Shown piece after piece: positions 34,392 to 49,647 of a DNA stretch of 64,000 nucleotides. This DNA comes from Macrostomum lignano (taxonomy: Eukaryota), in assembly GCA_002269645.1 (NCBI GenBank), contig NIVC01001655.1, forward strand, positions 124,001 to 188,000, read 5' to 3'. The translations under genes were made by a program, and so were the position numbers. Below the pieces are notes generated by a model that searched no databases, was not told the DNA's origin, and saw only the letters and a list, made by a program, of their open reading frames with translations. Every line of letters begins with the position of its first letter. The stretch's first letter is position 1.

Positions 34392-36602
34392 ATGGTTTGT
34401 CTATGCTTTATCTATGGTTTGTCTTTAGTTTATATATGGGTTGTCTATGGTTTGTCTATGGTTTGTCTATGGTTTGTCTTTTGGTTTGTCTTTGGTTTGT
34501 CTATGGTTTTTCTATAGTTTGTCTATGGGTTGTCTATAATTTGTCTATAGTTTGTCTATGGTTTTTTTTCGATGGTTTGTCGATGGTTTGTCTATGGTTT
34601 ATCTATAGTTTCTATAGTTTGTCTATGGGTTGTCTATAATTTGTCTATAGTTTGTCTATGGTTTTTTTTCGATGGTTTGTCGATGGTTTGTCTATGGTTT
34701 GTCTATGGTTTGTCCATGGGTTTGTCTATTGTCTTTGGTTTATCTATGGTTTGTCTATGGTTTGTCTATGGGTTTGTCTATGGGTTTGTCTATGGGTTGT
34801 CTTTGGTTGATCTTTGGTTTGTCTATGGTTTGTCTATGGGTTTATTTATGGTTTGTCTATGGTTTGTCTATGGTTTGTCTTTGGTGTATATATGGGTTGT
34901 CTATGCTTTATCCAAGTTTTGTCTATAGTTTGTCTATGGGTGTGTCAATGGGTTTTTCTATGGTTTATCTATGGTTTTTCGATGGTTTGTCGATGATTTA
35001 TTCATGTTTGTCTATAATTTGTCTATGTTTTTTCTATATAAAATTTTACGACCTTTGACAAATTTTATCGAAGAAAAATCCATTTGTCAAACTTATACGA
35101 GTCACTTTCGCGTCTATGCTTCCTATGATTTTCTCTCGTCCTACTCTCTCGTCTAAAGCCCCCAAAAGCCCCAGTTAATAAAATTCAAATCAGCATTGTA
35201 TGCACGAAGCTTCGCATTGAGTAGGGACCACCACTCGATTTGAGGCTATAATGCTCTTCTCTCATCCACTGAGACTCATGGTTGCTAAGCAACACCAGAT
35301 AAACAGAATCTCAGCTGCACAGTGTTTTAAGGCACTCAAGCGTAATAGTAGAAACTACCGTGACAGAAGCACGCGGGGCAGGAACTGCGGAGTCTAAAGC
35401 AGTAAATTATGCTATAAAATTTTCAAAAATTTCAGTTGTAAAATCACAATGTAGCTTGGGGATTTTTTTCGACGTGCAACCACCTCTTATACCATAGCGA
35501 CCAACCAAGCAGCATTTTCGTGGGTAGGTAGAGTGTTCGCAGGCCATTGTCATTTAGGCGGCAGTGATTGCGTTATGCTCAGCCAGTTATTTGTGTTGCT
35601 AAGCTGCAAGCGTACGCGCATATCAATGCAGTTGGATGCATACGTGTATAGCCCATATGTCCCGTTTGATTCTCATTGGCACTTTCGCTGTTAATTAATA
35701 GACCTCCCCATCAGCACATTCTGCCTTCATTTGGAAAAAGGGGATTTAATTGTTAATAATAATTATTATTGATATTGATATTGATAATTATTGATAATAT
35801 AGCAAGATCACTAATAATAAGCCTTACAAATATCAAACTCCAAAACACCAGTCACTGCCCTCTATCCTGTTGACCAGACTGATTTTAGCGCATGGCTCTC
35901 TCTGTGCCATTCTCTACTTTAGCCATACCTTCCAACTGCGGCTCAAACTGCTCCCAGTTGAGTCCAAATTGATTTCTGTTGTCTATGTTTTGTCTGTGGT
36001 TTATCTATGGTTTATCTATGGTTTGTCATTGGTTTGTCTATAATTTGTCTATGGCTAATCTATTGTTTATCTATGGTTTGTCTATGGTTTATCTATGGTT
36101 TATCTATGGTTTGTCTATAATTTATCTATGGTCTGTCTATGGTTTATCTATGATTTTTCTACGGTTTATCAATGGTTTGTTTTTTGTTTATCAATGGTTT
36201 TTTTTGGTTTATCTATGGTTTGTCTATGAGTTGTCTATGGGTTTGTCTATGGTTAGTGTTGCTTCTGAGTCGGAAAACGGAGACGAACCGGTTTTGTGGC
36301 TAGCCTCCAGCTTGGCCTTTTTCGGTCTAAATTCTAGCGCTCCAGTTGAGCAGCTCTGAGTTACTAACGCTAGTGTATTTTGGGCTCGATCAGCCGTGGT
36401 TCAATCGAAACCTATACAAGCAGCAGAGGTTGTGGACATAGACGATTCTCAATCTGCTTCATCGTCTCAAATAAAAGTGCACATGCCTGTAGTCCAACAG
36501 TTTGTCTATGGGTTTGTCTATGGGTTGCCTTTGGTTTATCTATGGTTTGTCTTTGGTTTATATATATGGTTTATCTATGGTTTGTCTATGCGTTTTGCTA
36601 TG

Positions 36603-37157
36603 AGGCCGTATGAATAAACTGAGCAAATGCTCAAACTCAAGCAAATGCTCAGGTCAGTAAGAATAAGCTGAGCTCTTACTCAGGAGCAAATACTCAGTAG
36701 TAAATACTCCAAAGTATTTTCTCAGATTCCTGAGAAAGTTCTCGGCTGCAGAGCAATTGCTCCAGTCAGTAAGAATAAAAAACATGGTCATAGACAAAAG
36801 AGCGGAGCAATTGCTCAAAAAAACGCTGAGGCAGCTCTAAAGCTGACTCAGTCGGTAAAAGCCACTGTGTTTCCATTTTTTCTCTTGTAAGAAATCTCTT
36901 GCTATTTCTTTAATCAGGCTCTTTTTTCACATGGAAGTCCTAGTCTATGGTCAAGATTCAAGTGAACTCAAGCCTAAAGCAGCCAGGCTGCTGCTCAAGC
37001 GGCTGAGCAATTACTCTGAGTCTGAGTTTTTTGTTTATTCATACTGAATTGTTGCATTTGCTCGGACTCAGAGCATTTACGCAGCCTCGAGAAAATGCTC
37101 CAGCTCAGAGTGCTAGCATTTGCTCAAGAGCATTTGCTCAGTTTATTCATACGGCCT
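36603..37157. mobile_element. Harbinger-like MITE in macro-repeat unit 3
   Basis: Same TIR and flanks as the copy at 33837. Confidence 0.82.
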
Positions 37158-39104
37158 ATGGTTTGTCTATGCTTTATCTATGGTTTGTCTTTAGTTTATA
37201 TATGGGTTGTCTATGGTTTGTCTATGGTTTGTCTATGGTTTGTCTTTTGGTTTGTCTTTGGTTTGTCTATGGTTTTTCTATAGTTTGTCTATGGGTTGTC
37301 TATAATTTGTCTATAGTTTGTCTATGGTTTTTTTTCGATGGTTTGTCGATGGTTTGTCTATGGTTTATCTATAGTTTCTATAGTTTGTCTATGGGTTGTC
37401 TATAATTTGTCTATAGTTTGTCTATGGTTTTTTTTCGATGGTTTGTCGATGGTTTGTCTATGGTTTGTCTATGGTTTGTCCATGGGTTTGTCTATTGTCT
37501 TTGGTTTATCTATGGTTTGTCTATGGTTTGTCTATGGGTTTGTCTATGGGTTTGTCTATGGGTTGTCTTTGGTTGATCTTTGGTTTGTCTATGGTTTGTC
37601 TATGGGTTTATTTATGGTTTGTCTATGGTTTGTCTATGGTTTGTCTTTGGTGTATATATGGGTTGTCTATGCTTTATCCAAGTTTTGTCTATAGTTTGTC
37701 TATGGGTGTGTCAATGGGTTTTTCTATGGTTTATCTATGGTTTTTCGATGGTTTGTCGATGATTTATTCATGTTTGTCTATAATTTGTCTATGTTTTTTC
37801 TATATAAAATTTTACGACCTTTGACAAATTTTATCGAAGAAAAATCCATTTGTCAAACTTATACGAGTCACTTTCGCGTCTATGCTTCCTATGATTTTCT
37901 CTCGTCCTACTCTCTCGTCTAAAGCCCCCAAAAGCCCCAGTTAATAAAATTCAAATCAGCATTGTATGCACGAAGCTTCGCATTGAGTAGGGACCACCAC
38001 TCGATTTGAGGCTATAATGCTCTTCTCTCATCCACTGAGACTCATGGTTGCTAAGCAACACCAGATAAACAGAATCTCAGCTGCACAGTGTTTTAAGGCA
38101 CTCAAGCGTAATAGTAGAAACTACCGTGACAGAAGCACGCGGGGCAGGAACTGCGGAGTCTAAAGCAGTAAATTATGCTATAAAATTTTCAAAAATTTCA
38201 GTTGTAAAATCACAATGTAGCTTGGGGATTTTTTTCGACGTGCAACCACCTCTTATACCATAGCGACCAACCAAGCAGCATTTTCGTGGGTAGGTAGAGT
38301 GTTCGCAGGCCATTGTCATTTAGGCGGCAGTGATTGCGTTATGCTCAGCCAGTTATTTGTGTTGCTAAGCTACAAGCGTACGCGCATATCAATGCAGTTG
38401 GATGCATACGTGTATAGCCCATATGTCCCGTTTGATTCTCATTGGCACTTTCGCTGTTAATTAATAGACCTCCCCATCAGCACATTCTGCCTTCATTTGG
38501 AAAAAGGGGATTTAATTGTTAATAATAATTATTATTGATATTGATATTGATAATTATTAATAATATAGCAAGCTCACTAATAATAAGCCTTACAAATATC
38601 AAACTCCAAAACACCAGTCACTGCCCTCTCTCCTGTTGACCAGACTGATTTTAGCGCATGGCTCTCTCTGTGCCATTCTCTACTTTAGCCATACCTTCAA
38701 ACTGCTCCCAGTTGAATCCGAATTGATTTCTTTTGTCTTTGGTTTGTCTATGGGTTGTCTATGGGTTGTCTATGGGTTTTTCTATGCTTTGCCTATGATT
38801 TATCTATGGTTTGTCTATGGGTTTATCTATGGGTTGTCTATGGGTTGTCTTTGGGTTTGTCTATGGGTTGTCTATGGGTTGTCTTTGGGTTTGTCTATGG
38901 GTTGTCTTTGGGTTTGTCTATGGTTTGTCTATGGTTTGTCTATGGTTTGTCTATGGTTTGTCTATGGGTTGTCTATGGGTTGTCTATGGTTTGTCTATGG
39001 TTTGTCTATGGGTTGTCTATGGTTTGTCTATGGTTTGTCTATGGCTTGTCTGTGGTTTATCTACGGTCTGTCAATGGGTTGTGTATGGTTTATCTATGGT
39101 TTTA

Positions 39105-39841
39105 ACAATTTTTGGACATAGTGAAGTTTATTTAGTCTTTGGCCAGCTCAGTCCTAGAAAATTGAGTTTGATTTAGTCAGCACTCGGGGTTTACCATAGA
39201 CTATTAGTAAAGAAATAAAATCGATTTAGCCAAGTTCCTCTAAATCCGTCTTTCGTAACTTTTATTAAGTCAAAGTGAATTTAGTCGTTTTAGCTTTGAG
39301 AAGATACGAGTACACTGTAGTTAAATGAACACAGACACAACAAATCGCCAATCTGGGAACAACACAATCAAGCGTTGCTGCATGTCATTGAGCGTCGCGG
39401 TGGGCGTTTCACCAATAAATTCAACAAGCCTGTCGAGCATAGCTTCAGTTAAAGCTTTTGGCTTATTTCCTTCCTCGTCTCGAGGCCTGAACGCGTCCAC
39501 TTTGCTCGTATTTAACGATAACATTTCTGGCAGACTGACGTGGGATGTTTAGCTGTCTCGCTAGTTGCTGCCAATCGGCATTGCCAATAAAGGCGTTGGT
39601 GAGTCTTCGCCGGTCCTGCTCAGAGATAGTGACTCTGCGAATGCCTGCAGCTGCTGCCATGATGACGAAACAAAATTCAATTTGACTAAAATCAAGTCAT
39701 GGAAGGGTTTAAATACGTGGCACTTGACAAATCGATTTCATTTTTACTAATAGTCTATGGTAAACCCGAGTGCTGACTAAATCAAACTCACCTTTCTAGG
39801 ACTGAGCTGGCCAAAGACTTCACTTATGCCCAAAAAATTGT
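39105..39841 (-). mobile_element. Internally deleted Tc1/IS630-like element A, retaining a frameshifted N-terminal HTH of the transposase
   Basis: Imperfect TIRs of about 120 bp (ACAATTTTTGG...AATCGATTT), TA flanks; ORFs 39660-39463 and 39524-39321 join as ISEQDRRRL...WQQLARQLNIPRQSARNVI...RRGG/NKPKAL; no DDE domain. Confidence 0.75.
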
Positions 39842-39852
39842 TAAAAGATATA

Positions 39853-40344
39853 TACCTTTTTGCGATCTAGTTTGCCAAAGCTGCAATCAATTTTGCCAAA
39901 ACTGCGACCTAGTTTGCCCATAGCAAGCCAAGAAGAATTTTTATTGAGAATCAATTCGGAAATGTGACGAAATAAACTGTAACAGTGAACAATAAACAGC
40001 GAGTTTATAATGGTAGACGTAGGCACAAATGCTCTCAATCATAGCATTGTTAAGGGACCTCCGCTTGGCACCTCCGCGAGGCAGAGGCTCCATACGACCG
40101 GTTGCGTTGAATTGTCCAACTATGTAAGTCACGGTTTTTCGTGAGATGCCCGACAGCCTACCGAAATCTTGCCAGTCCTCTCCATCCTGATATGCTTGAA
40201 TCAATCGCTGCCGGTCCTTCGCTGAAATCCTGTTATAAGGTCCACGCTGGGCCATTCTTTGATCTTGCTATGTATGTCTGTGGTGTTTTCTTTGCTATGG
40301 GCGAACTAGGTCGCAGTTTTGGCAAACTAGATCGCAAAAAGGTA
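39853..40344 (-). mobile_element. Internally deleted Tc1/IS630-like element B, retaining the N-terminal HTH ORF
   Basis: TIR TACCTTTTTGCGATCTAGTTTGCCAAA..., TA flanks; ORF 40255-39941 ISAKDRQRL...WQDFGRLSGISRKTVTYIV...PRGGAK is homologous to element A. Confidence 0.75.
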
Positions 40345-40518
40345 TATTATCAATTTTTTTCAGCCATGTTGATAGCTAAGCCAACCAAGTTGAGAATTCC
40401 CATATGGCAGCAGTAGATTCGGTCTTGACCATAGACGTAGGCAAGGATGGAATGGGCAAGTGAGTTGATAATTCTGATATTTTACTGCATCTATGAGCTC
40501 AAAGATTCACAGTTTTAA

Positions 40519-40523
<5 letters not shown>

Positions 40524-40565
<42 letters not shown>
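40524..40565. repeat. (GA)n microsatellite
   Basis: Read directly. Confidence 0.95.
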
Positions 40566-40569
<4 letters not shown>

Positions 40570-40659
40570 AAGAGAGAGGCTGCTGCTGACATGCTTCTTG
40601 GTGCTGATGTCTATGGTCGAGTCATCAAATTTATCTACTTGTTTGACTTTCTATTAGCC

Positions 40660-40951
40660 AGCACCAGCGGGCTTTAGCACCAGGGGCTTTAGCACCAGGG
40701 GCTTTAGCACCAGGGGCTTTAGCACCAGGGACTTTAGCACCAGGGGCTTTAGCACCAGGGTTTTAGCACCAAGGGGCTTTAGCACCAGGGGCTTTAGCAC
40801 CAGGGGCTTTAGCACCAGGGACTTTAGCACCAGGGGCTTTAGCACCAGGGGCTTTAGCACCAGGGACTTTAGCACCAAGGGGCTTTAGCACCAGGGGCTT
40901 TAGCACCAGGGACTTTAGCACCAAGGGGCTTTAGCACCAAGGGGCTTTAGC
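40660..40951. repeat. 15-bp minisatellite (TTTAGCACCAGGGGC)
   Basis: About 19 units read directly. Confidence 0.93.
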
Positions 40952-41080
40952 CACTGCCACAGAACTGCAATCGACCATAGGGGCTTAGACAATGGAACCA
41001 ATTAAGTGGATAGTTGCATTAATTACTTGGTTTGAAATTCCCGACTTGATTGTCATTTAATCAGAGAAACAGCCTTAAAC

Positions 41081-41673
41081 CCTTCAGGAACCTCTGCCCT
41101 TGGCTCCTATCCCTGCGGCCACCATCAATCGTAGCATTGATGCCTGGGCCTCCACCCTGCACGGGACAGATGGATGAACCTCACCACCTGCCGCCAATCG
41201 CGCGCGGCGGTCCCTCGTCCATCCCGAAAGCTCCGAACTGTCCTCCTGAACCAAAGCAGGAAGGACATCCGGGCTCTTGCTATGACCCTCACGGGGCATG
41301 GCTGCTTCGCTAGGCACTGCTTTCTCCGGGGCGACATCCGGAATGAACTGTGCCCTTTTTGCGAATACGACAACGAAGATGTTCAGCATTTAGTTTGTCA
41401 ATGCCCGTTCTTCACCAGGGAGCGGCTTAACCACCTTAACCATCTATCGATGACGTTTGTAGATCTGAGAACATCTCACGGCTCGTCCGGTTCCTTCGGG
41501 CAACTAGACGAGCCTCTTTCTTCCCAAACTAAGAGAACGCTGCAGGACGTACTGGCGGACCGCCCTGACTGCCCCCGCACCATTGCCGAAGCGGGTCACC
41601 AGGGTTTGGCGGAATGGGCGGCGCTCGCCTCCCCGCTGCGTCTTCGGACCCCCCTGCAGCAAGTTAAGTTAAG
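41081..41673 (+). mobile_element. 3' remnant of an I/Loa/R1-group LINE (C-terminal CCHC zinc knuckle)
   Basis: TCRQSR...LTGHGCF...CPFC...EDVQHLVCQCP; (AAGTT)n tail; 11-bp TSD CAGCCTTAAAC at 41070-41080 and 41674-41684. Confidence 0.85.
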
Positions 41674-42222
41674 CAGCCTTAAACAACTGGCTTGTATTGC
41701 AGTCAGTGCATGCTCAAAACTTGCCAATTATTAGTTTGACGAAGTCAAGACGAACGAATTTTTGTGAATCACTAGATTAGCCTCTGTTTCTCAGTCACTT
41801 TTGATATCACTTGTGGCTGCTGTATTGCTCGCTCCTTGTCCTAGCAGTCTTTGGTGGCTTCATTTTGACTCGCTGTTTCCCTGAGGGTTGTGTGAGGGTT
41901 GTGGTTAGGGTTAGGGATTAGGGTTTTCGCGCAGGCAGTTGTCGTGCAGGCAGTGGCATGGAACACTCTATCATGTATAATTTGTGATGCACTGAAAAAG
42001 CATCTCTTAATCGACTCATAGACAGAAAAGTAAATAAAAAGTTCTCTGGTTATTTGTTGCATGCAAGGCTTCTGATAGGCATTTGAAAATATTAGAAACA
42101 ATTAAAGAGGCGTGAGTTGAAGAAACTATGAATTCTAATAACGGGTACAAAATGCAGCCTTGATTAAAACTCTATTACCTTGTAAGACGTCCATGTCCAA
42201 ATAATAGATAAAATCATTGATT

Positions 42223-43314
42223 TTATATCCTCCTAATCGTATTTACATAGTCCCACCTGACCCAGATTGCGTCCCAGTCTCTGAAGTCTTCCGGATTGAG
42301 TCGCTTTAACGTAATCGGCGACATCAGTACAAAGAACCTGCTAGTAAAAAAGTTCACCAGGCGCCCATAGTTTGGCGACATGGCCGCGCTGTCGTAGAAG
42401 TAGGAGCGCCGCCACTCCATCAGTACGACAACAACCTGTCGCTCGTCGATCAGCTTTGCGCTGCTTTCGAAGAAGTCGCGCTCTCTGGTCTCGAGGTGAA
42501 TTTTCATCACAACGAACCGAGTCCTCAGGTGCGGAATGAGGTCATCTCCGAGTCCGGTAGCTACCGGAACCGTGTCGCGAACGACTGCAGACTTCGGGCT
42601 GCCTGAGCCGTCTCGGGCTCCAACGAGCTTGCAGGACTCGGCGTCGTACTGTAGGTACCGGATGCTGACCCGGGTGTGGAAGAAGGCCCAGAAAAGCCGC
42701 AGCAGACCCGACCGAGCGCGCAGCTTCCTGGCTGACAGCCGCAGTCGGACCAGGTTTCGAATGTTCCAGTCCACCGCGACTGTCGCGATTCCGGCGTCCA
42801 CCGCTTGCAGGCTGTACACGCCGATGTCGCTGCCGACGTCAAGGAAGGTGACCTCGGACTTGGACAGAGCCCGCATGATGTCGATGAGCCGCGACACCAG
42901 CTGGAGCTCCCAGGACTGCGACCGGAAACTCGTCCGAGAAACGAGGCCGCGACCTCGGTACTTGAAGATGGTTATGTTCCGGTCAGCGACTCTGCTCGTC
43001 AGGTGGTCCACAGTGGCCGCTCGTCTCACTTCGTGCTCGATGCTGAGCGGCAGTCTGTCAGGCAGCTGACACAGCGGGAACTTGCCGCCAATGATGGTGA
43101 AGGCCGTGATGTTCTGGCACAGTCGTCTTCTCATGCCGTCATGGAGAAAGTTGACGCTGCTGAGCTCGGAGAAGCCGGCACAGCGGGTTGCAGAAAGCGT
43201 GTCCGATCGCAGGTGCAAAATAGCACAGTACAGCAGCAAGGCTAGAGACGCTGCTCCGATAAAGTTCAGAGTCTTTTTTTGATAACTGAGTCCGCATGTT
43301 CTACTGAGATTCAT
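42223..43314 (-). CDS. FkbM-like methyltransferase-domain protein with signal anchor, paralogue 2, 363 aa, intronless
   Basis: Core differs from paralogue 1 by only about a dozen residues; same motifs. Confidence 0.75.
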   Translation of the reverse strand: MNLSRTCGLSYQKKTLNFIGAASLALLLYCAILHLRSDTLSATRCAGFSELSSVNFLHDGMRRRLCQNITAFTIIGGKFPLCQLPDRLPLSIEHEVRRAATVDHLTSRVADRNITIFKYRGRGLVSRTSFRSQSWELQLVSRLIDIMRALSKSEVTFLDVGSDIGVYSLQAVDAGIATVAVDWNIRNLVRLRLSARKLRARSGLLRLFWAFFHTRVSIRYLQYDAESCKLVGARDGSGSPKSAVVRDTVPVATGLGDDLIPHLRTRFVVMKIHLETRERDFFESSAKLIDERQVVVVLMEWRRSYFYDSAAMSPNYGRLVNFFTSRFFVLMSPITLKRLNPEDFRDWDAIWVRWDYVNTIRRI

Positions 43315-44339
43315 TGTTTCTGACAGAATAGAAAACGATCAATCGCCCGGCAGCTCTCGTTACAAGCCTCCGAGACTACAGTGGAAAGAGATTATGCTAA
43401 ATCCATGGTCTGAAACGCACGCACAGCCAAGTCAGTACCTCTCCTCGGGCTGCTATAAGCTTTCTATATACCTCTGATTTATCATTGTGTGCTTTGCAGT
43501 CTGGCGGTCCCCCAGTGTGAGCCGCTGTGCTCTGCCCCTCGTCCCAATTTCTCTTGCTTCTCTTGTTCCTCTGAGCCGGTCAGCTCGCCCAGAGTGCAGC
43601 ACCCCTCCCCTCTGGGTCTGCTTTAGCCAATACACACTGGCCTTGCTGATAATCGACCTTAAAATGGAATTGTTGACTTAGGAGGTATTGCTAAGCATTA
43701 ATAATAAGCCCTGACTTTGCTGTAGTGTACATACGTATTGAGGTACGAGTGCAGCCCGTACAGAAGTACGACCTAGCTATAGGTCTCGATAATTGCAGAG
43801 CTTGCCCTTTTTGAGCTTAATGAATTTGAAGGATGCAGGACATTTTCTTAGAATGCTCATCAAAAGAACGCATAGCGCTCTATGGGGTCCGGCCATACAC
43901 AAATTCGAGTTTACTGAGATAGCAAGATTTAGCATAGTATTCAATAGTGGGAAGACTTACTAAGCATTTCAAGGCTAAGTTTGGTGCGGGAAAATGCACT
44001 TGGGGGAAAAAAACTCGGGGTGTAGATTGGCCTGTACTCTCGCGCTTCCACTCGCCTTAAATTGCAAGTTCTGTGCCATTAATTACATGTATTCAAAGGG
44101 TCTCCGGTCAGACAATGAGAAATGATTGACATCAATCTCGTGCGTGTGGGTGTGAAGTGAATGGCTTTTGTAGTGCTCAGGGTGTAGTATACAGCTGTTT
44201 ATTATATTAGTTGCTATTAAGAAATTGAGCAAATGCTACTCGTATCTGTGTGGTTCTGTCAAAATTTTTGCCTGATAAGGTGGTGTTTGTTCCCTAGCTA
44301 AGGGGGCTCGGGCTTCAATCCGGACGATTCTACTCCAGA

Positions 44340-46122
44340 TATTTTTGTCTAGAACTCCGTGGCTTGAGGTTTGATCAGGAAGTCTTCTTTTCCTAGACCT
44401 TTTTCTAGAGCTCCGTGGCCTCTAATTCAGATAGCTTCCATTGCGGGATTTTTTCTAGAGCTCCATGGCGTGTGATTTAAAAGTTTCCACTCAAGACACT
44501 ATATCTAGAACTCCGTGGCTTGTGATTCTAGAAAGTTTCCACGCCAGACACTATATCTGGAACTCCGTGGCTTGTGATTCTAGAAAGTTTCCACTCCAGG
44601 CACTATATCTAGAACTCCGTGGCTTGTGATTCTAGAAAGTTTCCACGCCAGACACTATATCTGGAACTCCGTGGCTTGTGATTCTAGAAAGTTTCCACTC
44701 CAGGCACTATATCTAGAACTCCGTGGCTTGTGATTCTAGAAAGTTTCCACGCCAGACACTATATCTAGAACTCCGTGGCTTGTGATTCTAGAAAGTTTCC
44801 ACTCCAGGCACTATATCTAGAACTCCGTGGCTTGTGATTCTAGAAAGTTTCCACGCCAGACACTATATCTGGAACTCCGTGGCTTGTGATTCTAGAAAGT
44901 TTCCACTCCAGGCACTATATCTAGAACTCCGTGGCTTGTGATTCTAAAAAGTTTTCACTCCAGACACTATATCTAGAGCTCTGTGGCCTCTAATTCAGAT
45001 AGTTTCCACTGCGGGATTTTTTTTAGAGCTCCATGGCTTGTGATTCTAAAAAGTTTCCACTCCAGACACTATATCTAGAGCTCTGTGGCCTCTAATTCAG
45101 ATAGTTTCCACTGCGGGATTTTTTCTAGAGCTCCATAGCTTGTGATTTTAAAAAGTTTTCACTCCAGACACTATATCTAGAGCTCTGTGGCCTCTAATTC
45201 AGATAGTTTCCACTGCGGGATTTTTTCTAGAGCTCCATGGCTTGTGATTCTAAAAAGTTTTCACTCCAGACACTATATCTAGAGCTCTGTGGCCTCTAAT
45301 TCAGATAGTTTCCACTGCGGGATTTTTTCTAGAGCTCCATGGCTTGTGATTCTAGAAAGTTTTCACTCCAGACACTATATCTAGAGCTCTGTGGCCTCTA
45401 ATTCAGATAGTTTCCACTGCGGGATTTTTTCTAGAGCTCCATGGCTTGTGATTCTAGAAAGTTTTCACTCCAGACACTATATCTAGAGCTCTGTGGCTTG
45501 TGATTCTAGAAAGTTTCTACTCCAGACACTATATCTAGAACTCCGTGGCTTGTGATTCTAGAAAGTTTTCACTCCAGACACTATATCTAGAACTCCGTGG
45601 CTTGTGATTCTAGAAAGTTTCCACTCCAGACACTATATCTAGAACTCCGTGGCTTGTGATTCTAGAAAGTTTCCACTCCAGGCACTATATCTAGAACTCC
45701 GTGGCTTGTGATTCTAGAAAGTTTTCACTCCAGGCACTATATCTAGAGCTCTGTGGCTTGTGATTCTAGAAAGTTTCTACTCCAGACACTATATCTAGAG
45801 CTCTGTGGCTTGTGATTCTAGAAAGTTTCTACTTCAGACACTATATCTAGAACTCCGTGGCTTGTGATTCTAGAAAGTTTTCACTCCAGACACTATATCT
45901 AGAACTCCGTGGCTTGTGATTCTAGAAAGTTTCCACTCCAGACACTATATCTAGAACTCCGTGGCTTGTGATTCTAGAAAGTTTCCACGCCAGGCACTAT
46001 ATCTAGAACTCCGTGGCTTGTGATTCTAGAAAGTTTCCACTCCAGGCACTATATCTAGAACTCCGTGGCTTGTGATTCTAGAAAGTTTCCACTCCAGGCA
46101 CTATATCTAGAACTCCGTGGCT
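44340..46122. repeat. 52-bp satellite (CAGACACTATATCTAGAACTCCGTGGCTTGTGATTCTAGAAAGTTTCCACTC) with 104- and 102-bp higher-order blocks
   Basis: Period 52 at 45541/45593; period 102 at 44976, 45078, 45180, 45282. Confidence 0.95.
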
Positions 46123-46488
46123 CACAATTTTGCAGAGAGTTTTAACTTGCGCATTTCAAGACTACGAGTACATACTCTATATCATCCCTAAAAGAGCTTT
46201 AACACTCATATATCGCTGATCCAGTAGTCTCTCGGATACGAGCTACTCTATTGTCCATCCAGAGCTGGCGGCATGAAACGCACGGAGCTGTCTCATCGTC
46301 CATTCGCTCTTCTGCACCAACAACAACAATAGCATACGCGTTTGAGTACGAGCTCAGACGCTCAGACACACACAGCAACTATAGAATCCGCATCCGAAAT
46401 ATTTAAGCAAACACTACGATTTAAGTACCTTGCTGTGTTGTCCTGTTAACAAAATAATTTACGCCAAGATTTTCATGTCAGAAAAAAG

Positions 46489-49647
<3,159 letters not shown>

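Larger units (their letters stand above)
28700..39100. repeat. Tandem macro-repeat, 2766-bp unit, about 3.3 copies, containing (GGTTTGTCTAT)-type 11/12-bp minisatellite blocks
   Basis: Anchor GACGTGCAACCACC at 28731, 32705, 35471, 38237 (spacings 3974 = 2698 + 1276 for RTE/TSD, then 2766, 2766). Confidence 0.95.

Noticed and set aside
30515-39176. Many hydrophobic (VYGLSMVCLWF)n ORFs resembling membrane proteins
   Set aside because: Translations of the GGTTTGTCTAT minisatellite; frames shift freely between macro-repeat copies.
41903-41923. Interstitial telomeric repeat (TTAGGG)
   Set aside because: Only about 3 imperfect units; too short to interpret.
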